Under the pieces are notes generated by a model. The model saw nothing but the letters and a program-made list of their open reading frames with translations, did not search any database and was not told the DNA's origin. This document shows positions 38,751-44,236 of a stretch of 44,236 nucleotides of DNA, one piece after another (the first letter of the stretch is position 1; each line of letters opens with the position of its first letter). The translations under genes and the position numbers were made by a program. Origin of the DNA: Bacteroidia bacterium (GTDB taxonomy: Bacteria > Bacteroidota > Bacteroidia > Bacteroidales > VadinHA17); contig JAPLDX010000045.1 in assembly GCA_026391215.1 (NCBI GenBank), positions 1-44,236 on the forward strand, given 5' to 3'.

Positions 38751-38854
38751 TAACCGCAAAGCACGCAAAGGTGTAGCAAAGAACGCAAAGTTAAAATAGT
38801 GATATTAATTTCTTTGCGCTCTTTGCGTAAATTTCTTTGCGCTCTTTGCGGTTA
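38751..38854. repeat. Palindromic element of 4x (C/A)GCAAAG and 4x CTTTGCG units (REP/MITE-like)
   Basis: Terminal inverted repeat TAACCGCAAAG / CTTTGCGGTTA. Units start at 38755, 38764, 38775 and 38784, with inverted units at 38812, 38821, 38835 and 38844, around an AT-rich centre. Confidence 0.85.
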
Positions 38855-38893
38855 GATTTTTTTACTACCTTTAAATGTAAATATCGTTACAAG

Positions 38894-39805
38894 ATGAAAC
38901 TGCTGATAGCTACTGCCTTAATAACCATTACCATGTCTCAGCCGGAAAAACCAGGAGATCTTAAGCCTGCTGATCAAAGCCAGAAACCTCTGTTCTCTTT
39001 CGGAATAATAACCGATGTCCATCATTGCAACTGCGAACCTGAAAATTCAAGATTCTACAGATTATCACTCCCCAGGCTCAGGGAGGCAGTTAATTCCATA
39101 AAAGCAGATTCAGCTGAGTTCCTGATCAATCTCGGAGATATGATTGACCGGGACATTGCTTCCTATGGACCTGTTCTGGATTTAATGGATTCCTCTGGTC
39201 TCAAAACCTGGTACTGCCTTGGAAATCATGATTATTCAGTTGAAACTAGATATAAAAGACGTCTGCCTGTACCTTTACCGGAAAAGACAGGATATTATTC
39301 TTTCATGCAAGATAATTTCAGATTCATTATTCTCAACGGGAATGAACTGAGCACTTATGCTTCAGGCAATAAAACATCAATAAAAGAAGCACAAGAGTAT
39401 ATTGCCGGGCTCAAAGCTGAAGGCAATGTAAATGCTGTCGATTGGAACGGAGGGATTAGTCTAAAGCAGCTCACATGGCTTAAATCACAGCTTGACGATG
39501 CTGCCGCAAAAAACGAAAAAGTATTCATAGCCTGTCATTTCCCCGCATGGCCTGAAAATGACTATAACTTACTCAATTACAAGGAGGTGCTTTCTGTTCT
39601 TGAGAATTACCAGAACGTTATTGCCTGGTTCAGCGGACATAATCATGCAGGCAATTACGGCAATTTCAATATGATACATTTTGTGACTCTGAAAGGAATG
39701 GTAGAGACTGAAAAGGCCGGTGCTTATTCCCTTGTCGAGGTCTACAGGAACAAGATCTGGATCAAAGGCTCAGGAAGGGAAAGAAGTCAGATCCTCGCAT
39801 ACTGA
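38894..39805 (+). CDS. Calcineurin-like metallophosphoesterase, Mn-dependent ADP-ribose/CDP-alcohol diphosphatase-like
   Basis: FSFGIITDVHHC, INLGDMID, LGNHD, WNGGIS..QLTWL, CHFP, FSGHNHAG and LKGMVET. Likely start at ATG 38894. Confidence 0.82.
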   Translation: MKLLIATALITITMSQPEKPGDLKPADQSQKPLFSFGIITDVHHCNCEPENSRFYRLSLPRLREAVNSIKADSAEFLINLGDMIDRDIASYGPVLDLMDSSGLKTWYCLGNHDYSVETRYKRRLPVPLPEKTGYYSFMQDNFRFIILNGNELSTYASGNKTSIKEAQEYIAGLKAEGNVNAVDWNGGISLKQLTWLKSQLDDAAAKNEKVFIACHFPAWPENDYNLLNYKEVLSVLENYQNVIAWFSGHNHAGNYGNFNMIHFVTLKGMVETEKAGAYSLVEVYRNKIWIKGSGRERSQILAY

Positions 39806-39832
39806 TCCTTTAATTCCACCAACAGATAATTT

Positions 39833-41167
39833 ATGACGAAGCTGGCAAAAGAGCTCACCCTGTACGGGTTGATCATGGTAGCCATAGGCTCCTGTATAGG
39901 TTCAGGGATATTTGTCACTCCATCTCAGATTGCCGGATTAATACCTTCATCCTCACTGATCTTGCTTGTATGGGCGCTGGGAGGCATTATAGCTCTTACC
40001 GGCGCTCTAACATTCGGCGAACTTGGATCCCTGTTCCCGCAGGCTGGCGGAATATATGTCTTTCTCAGGGAAGCTTATGGAGGATGGCTCGGATTCTTGT
40101 ACGGATGGGCCTACCTTATAATAATAACATCCGGATCAATAGCCGTTCTTTCCCTGGCGTTCTCATATTATCTCAGCTCATTTATCCCCATGAACCATAC
40201 GGGAATGATGATCACCAGCATAAGTGCAATAGTCATTCTTACAATACTGAACGTATTCAGGGCAAAATTCGGAGAGATATTTTCAAATGTTTTTACAGGG
40301 CTGAAGATAGCAGGGATACTGATAATCATTATGGTTGGATTTATTTTCGGAAACAGTGACCTGTCATTTAAGAGCATGTCATTTTCAATCCCTTCAGGGG
40401 CAGGTATTTCGAATTTTGGCGTGGCGCTTACCGGTGTCCTGTTTTCATACGGCGGATGGCAGCATGCTTCTTTCCTGGCAGGGGAAACGAAAAATCCGTC
40501 AAGGAATGTCCCGGTTGCTATGATCACTGGAGCGCTGATAGTGACAGTTATATATCTCCTGGTAAATATCGGATACATGCTTCTCCTTCCGGTAGACACC
40601 ATTGTTACATCTCAGAAAGTTGCCGCTGATGCCGTTAGCACCGTTTTCCCTTCAGGGGGCCTCCTTGTTGCAGGGATAATTGCCATTAGCACAATCGGAA
40701 CTATAGGAATTTATACGCTTTCAGCTCCCCGTATCTATTATGCAATGGCAGCCGATGGACTGTTTTTCAAAAGTATTGCCTGGGTCCATCCCAGGTTTAA
40801 AACTCCTGTATATGCTATAATCCTGCAGTCGGTCTGGGCAATATTGCTCCTGTTATTCTGGGGTACGGTTGAAAACCTTATAACTTATACTGTATCTGTT
40901 GAATGGATATTTTTTACGCTGGCAGCTGCCGGAATATTCATTTTCAGGAAAAAAATGAAAAATGCTGAAAGAGCATATAAAACATTCGGGTACCCTGTCA
41001 CCCCGCTGATATTTATTGCAATTAATACCTGGTTTGTTATTAACATAATGATCAACAAGCCTTTACATATGGGAATAGGATTGATTTTCCTTCTTCTCGG
41101 TGTCCCTGTGTACTTTGTTTTCAAAAAGAAAAACCGCTTGCTGCAAGATAAATCTGAACTGACATGA
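39833..41167 (+). CDS. APC-superfamily amino acid permease (LAT/SteT-like)
   Basis: IGSGIFVTP, ELGSLFPQAGGIYVFL, FSYGGW, GETKNPSRNVP, PRIYYAMAADGLFF and about 12 TM helices. Confidence 0.93.
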   Translation: MTKLAKELTLYGLIMVAIGSCIGSGIFVTPSQIAGLIPSSSLILLVWALGGIIALTGALTFGELGSLFPQAGGIYVFLREAYGGWLGFLYGWAYLIIITSGSIAVLSLAFSYYLSSFIPMNHTGMMITSISAIVILTILNVFRAKFGEIFSNVFTGLKIAGILIIIMVGFIFGNSDLSFKSMSFSIPSGAGISNFGVALTGVLFSYGGWQHASFLAGETKNPSRNVPVAMITGALIVTVIYLLVNIGYMLLLPVDTIVTSQKVAADAVSTVFPSGGLLVAGIIAISTIGTIGIYTLSAPRIYYAMAADGLFFKSIAWVHPRFKTPVYAIILQSVWAILLLLFWGTVENLITYTVSVEWIFFTLAAAGIFIFRKKMKNAERAYKTFGYPVTPLIFIAINTWFVINIMINKPLHMGIGLIFLLLGVPVYFVFKKKNRLLQDKSELT

Positions 41168-42330
41168 AAGACATCTCTTATATTATCAACCACCTTGGGG
41201 AAGAACGCGAAAAATATTTTAATGCAGTGACCCCTCCCATATTCCAGACCAGCAACTTTGCTTTCAGAAATGTAAATGAGCTTAAGAAAGCCATTGCTGA
41301 TGAAAAGGCCAGTCACATCTATTCAAGAGGCAATAATCCTACAATTGACATTCTGTGCAAAAAGATTGCAGCCCTGGAAGATACTGAAGAGGCCCTTGCT
41401 TTCAGCAGCGGAATGGCAGCCATCTCATCAGCCATCCTGTCGTTTGTGAATTCAGGAGATCATATTGTGTGCGTCAGGAATAATTACAGCTGGACAAATT
41501 TCCTGATGACTAAATTTCTTCCGCGCTATGGCGTTAATACAACTTTTGTTGATGGGAGGCGCACAGGCAATTTCAGCAAAGCTATCAGGAAAAACACCAG
41601 GCTCATTTACCTTGAAAGCCCCAACTCTCTTACATTTGAACTTCAGGATATTGAAGCGATAGCCGGCATTGCAAAGGAAAAAGGCATTATAACGGCTATT
41701 GATAACAGTTACTCATCGCCTCTGGGGCAATCGCCGGCATCCATGGGTATTGATATAGTTCTTCATTCGGCCAGCAAGTACCTTGGTGGGCACAGCGATG
41801 TTGTAGCAGGCATGGCCTGCGGATCCTCAGAGAATATCTCCGGGATCTTCAATAATGAATATCTTGGACTGGGAGGAATTATATCACCTTTTAATGCCTG
41901 GCTCATAATCAGGGGATTAAGGACGCTGCAGGCCAGGATGGACAGGATATCTGCGACTACTGAAACTGTATTGGATTACCTTGGCAGTCATGAAATGGTT
42001 TCAGAGATACTTCATCCTCTCAGGCCTGAACATCCGCAATACAGGCTGGCTGTAAAACAGATGCTTAAACCGGCAGGCCTATTCTCTGTCAGGCTAAAAA
42101 CAAGTGATCGAAGAAAAACAGAATTATTTGTAAACAGTCTCAGACAGTTTATTATTGGTGTTTCATGGGGCGGCCATGAATCGCTTGTCTTTCCTGCAAT
42201 GTCATTTGACAAGAAAAGGACAGGAAAAGGATATACTGAAAATCTGATAAGGTTTTATATAGGACTTGACGAGCCGGAATCGCTGATAAAAGACCTGAAG
42301 CAGGCTTTCAGGAAGATGAGCCGACCTTGA
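41164..42330 (+). CDS. PLP-dependent trans-sulfuration-family enzyme (cystathionine beta/gamma-lyase or methionine gamma-lyase-like)
   Basis: PPIFQTSNF, YSRGNNPT, SSGMAAIS, YLESP, IDNS, PLP-lysine motif HSASKYLGGHSD and SWGGHESL. ATGA overlap with the permease. Confidence 0.92.
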   Translation: MKDISYIINHLGEEREKYFNAVTPPIFQTSNFAFRNVNELKKAIADEKASHIYSRGNNPTIDILCKKIAALEDTEEALAFSSGMAAISSAILSFVNSGDHIVCVRNNYSWTNFLMTKFLPRYGVNTTFVDGRRTGNFSKAIRKNTRLIYLESPNSLTFELQDIEAIAGIAKEKGIITAIDNSYSSPLGQSPASMGIDIVLHSASKYLGGHSDVVAGMACGSSENISGIFNNEYLGLGGIISPFNAWLIIRGLRTLQARMDRISATTETVLDYLGSHEMVSEILHPLRPEHPQYRLAVKQMLKPAGLFSVRLKTSDRRKTELFVNSLRQFIIGVSWGGHESLVFPAMSFDKKRTGKGYTENLIRFYIGLDEPESLIKDLKQAFRKMSRP

Positions 42331-42691
42331 CAAAGTTGAAGGGCACATCCAGGACAACGGCAAAATATTCTCCCCTTTCAAGAATATCCTCATCACCATC
42401 CTCATAATACCAGTTGAAGATAAATTTACCGTTTTTCAGGTTGACATGCTTTAATTTTTCAAGAAGAGTTATGAATACCTTGGCGCTGGCACTGTTGAAA
42501 TATTCCAGGCTCATATCCACGCAGGTCATCTCAGCCGGATCCTCTATATAGGAAGTTATCCATTTATCAACAGGTGCAAAGAATTCAGCAACGTTCTCAT
42601 GTATTGAACGTCCGCTGATCCTAAGCCTCCCCTCAGGGCTGAATGTGATCTCAGGTGAATTCTTACCCGGTAATATTTTCAGTTCCTGCAT
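42308..42691 (-). CDS. SiaC-family (DUF1987) protein
   Basis: SPEITF, ISGRSIHEN..EFF, LEYFNSASAK and WYYEDGDEDILERGE. Confidence 0.8.
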   Translation of the reverse strand: MQELKILPGKNSPEITFSPEGRLRISGRSIHENVAEFFAPVDKWITSYIEDPAEMTCVDMSLEYFNSASAKVFITLLEKLKHVNLKNGKFIFNWYYEDGDEDILERGEYFAVVLDVPFNFVKVGSSS

Positions 42692-42781
42692 CCAAAAATA
42701 TTTGTTACCAATTTAATGAAATTTAGCAAATCTTCAATTAAAATCTGTCAAATTATAACATTGCTGTCCTAAACAGGCGTA

Positions 42782-43795
42782 TCAGAATCTAGCCAGGGGT
42801 GCAACATCCTGACTTGTAAATTCACCTCTGAGATATTTATAATAACCAGTAATTCCAATCATTGCAGCATTGTCAGTTGTATAATCAATTTCAGGGATGA
42901 AGAGATCCCATCTCCTTTTCTGCGCTTCCGTCGTTACTGCATCCCTCAGTTCCGAATTAGCAGATACTCCTCCTGCAATCCCGATCTGTTTTATCCCCGT
43001 TTCTTCCGATGCCTTTACAAGCTTGCCTGTAAGAATGCTTACAATTGTATGCTGGAGCGAAGCACAAAGGTCCGCCTTATTTTTCTCAATGAAGTCCGGA
43101 TCCTCTTTCAGACTGTCCCTGAGAAAATAGAGGAAGCTGGTCTTTAATCCGCTGAAGCTGAAATCGAGTCCTTTGACGTAGGGTTTCGGAAAAAAGAAAG
43201 CTTTCTCATTTCCGGAAGCTGCAAGCTTATCAATTGCAGATCCTGCCGGATATTGAAATCCCATCAGCTTGCCGCATTTGTCAAAAGCTTCGCCTGCAGC
43301 ATCATCGATTGTATTTCCAAGAACTTCCATATCCAGATGATCCTTCATTAGTATTATCCTGGTATGACCGCCGGAAACCAGCAGACACAAAAAGGGAAAT
43401 GAAGGAAGCTTTGGTTCCCTGCCTCTGACAAGTATAAAGTGTGCCAGGACATGAGCCTGGAGATGATTGACTTCAATGAGCGGAATGTCAAGTGAAAGGG
43501 CAAAGCCTTTTGCGAATGATGTGCCGACCAGTAGTGATCCGAGAAGGCCGGGACCGCGTGTAAAAGCCACGGCATTGATCTCACTGTTGCTTATTCCAGC
43601 TTTTTTTATTGCCTGATCAACGACAGGAACAATATTAGCCTGGTGAGCTCTTGAAGCAAGCTCGGGAACAACTCCCCCATACGATTTGTGAATATCCTGT
43701 CCGGCAATCAGGTTTGATAGAACATACCCATCCCTGATGACAGCTGCGGAGGTGTCGTCGCATGATGATTCTATCGCCAATATTGTAACATCCAT
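42782..43795 (-). CDS. tsaD: tRNA N6-adenosine threonylcarbamoyltransferase TsaD
   Basis: LAIESSCDDT, GGVVPELASRAH, NHLQAH, LVSGGHT, DDAAGEAFDK, SFSGLKT, GGVSAN and TDNAAMI. Confidence 0.97.
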   Translation of the reverse strand: MDVTILAIESSCDDTSAAVIRDGYVLSNLIAGQDIHKSYGGVVPELASRAHQANIVPVVDQAIKKAGISNSEINAVAFTRGPGLLGSLLVGTSFAKGFALSLDIPLIEVNHLQAHVLAHFILVRGREPKLPSFPFLCLLVSGGHTRIILMKDHLDMEVLGNTIDDAAGEAFDKCGKLMGFQYPAGSAIDKLAASGNEKAFFFPKPYVKGLDFSFSGLKTSFLYFLRDSLKEDPDFIEKNKADLCASLQHTIVSILTGKLVKASEETGIKQIGIAGGVSANSELRDAVTTEAQKRRWDLFIPEIDYTTDNAAMIGITGYYKYLRGEFTSQDVAPLARF

Positions 43796-43818
43796 TTATT
43801 CGGTGATTTTCGGCCTGA

Positions 43819-43826
43819 CAAATTTA
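43819..43826 (-). promoter_or_regulatory. -7 box (TAAATTTG) for tsaD
   Basis: TAnnTTTG match on the minus strand about 24 nt upstream of the ATG. Confidence 0.45.
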
Positions 43827-43924
43827 TCTATTTTAATTTATTATTCCTTTCTGTTTTTGTCCTGTAAGGACTGAGTCATCTCCTTGTGCAAAGTAGCTGG
43901 TCTCTGAGTTAGTGTTTATTTCTG

Positions 43925-44030
43925 AAAGCCGGAGAGCCTGTCCCGCTTAGGCGGGACTTTGAAGTCCAATATCCCCGGTTACATCCGTGGTAAATTGCGA
44001 ATATTCCTTTGCGACTCTGGAGGAGTCGAA
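43925..44030. repeat. Hairpin array upstream of the Y1 transposase (candidate left end or REP cluster)
   Basis: GTCCCGC-TTAG-GCGGGAC (43940-43957), GGACTT-TG-AAGTCC (43954-43967), imperfect CCCCGG..CCGTGG (~43973-43990) and CGACTC-TGGAG-GAGTCG (44012-44028). Confidence 0.65.
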
Positions 44031-44062
44031 TTTGTTATTTCTCAGATTCTTTTGTATCTTTA
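44031..44062 (+). promoter_or_regulatory. Putative sigma-A promoter of the transposase gene
   Basis: TTTG (44031-44034), a 20-nt spacer, then TATCTTTA (44055-44062; one mismatch to TAnnTTTG). Confidence 0.4.
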
Positions 44063-44086
44063 ATCCTTGTGCTAAAAGGTAATATT

Positions 44087-44236
44087 ATGTCGACGTATAC
44101 TCAGTTTTTGTATCAGCTGGTCTTTGGCAGCAAGGATCATTATGCTTTTCTCACAACTAAAAACAAGGAAATCTTATTCGCCTATATTGTGGGAATTCTG
44201 AAAAATAAATCCTGCCATTCATATATAGTCGGAGGT
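44087..44236 (+). mobile_element. tnpA: 3'-truncated IS200/IS605-family (Y1 HUH) transposase, possibly RAYT-like
   Basis: Manual translation gives MSTYTQFLYQLVFGSKDHYAFLTTKNKEILFAYIVGILKNKSCHSYIVGG, which fits the Y1_Tnp N-terminus (Y[H/Q]xVFxxK...LxxYIxGI...C....GG). The HUH motif expected next lies outside the window. Confidence 0.75.

Noticed and set aside
38751-38854. CRISPR array
   Set aside because: The units are 7 nt with 2-7 nt linkers and are inverted in the second half. There are no 25-40 nt repeats with unique spacers and no cas genes.

Overview
This window looks like core chromosome from an anaerobic Bacteroidales/Bacteroidota organism, judged from SusC/SusD, TAnnTTTG-type promoter boxes, DUF2795/DUF5063-like genes and an rseC-rnfBCDGEA operon. 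Housekeeping genes include mutS2, an M28 peptidase, tex, an rlmI-like methyltransferase, a 3'-5' exonuclease, a RecQ-family helicase, guaB, a three-gene SurA/PPIase cluster with an OstA-like gene, a PduO-type adenosyltransferase, recG and tsaD. Accessory genes are an enzyme-less ECF sigma/FecR/SusC/SusD locus, a lipoprotein serpin, an ADPRibase-Mn-like metallophosphoesterase, an APC permease with a Cys/Met PLP lyase, and an orphan SiaC-like gene. Four observations stand out. (1) rnfB is broken by a single in-frame TAA in an otherwise intact Rnf operon. (2) Four structurally different palindromic REP/MITE-like elements sit in intergenic spaces, and one of them supplies the tex stop codon. (3) An IS200/RAYT-like Y1 transposase, missing from the ORF track, starts at 44087 behind a hairpin array that may contain a nested palindrome. 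(4) A structured leader with a short uORF lies between fecR and susC. All family assignments come from motif recognition by eye; no searches were run.
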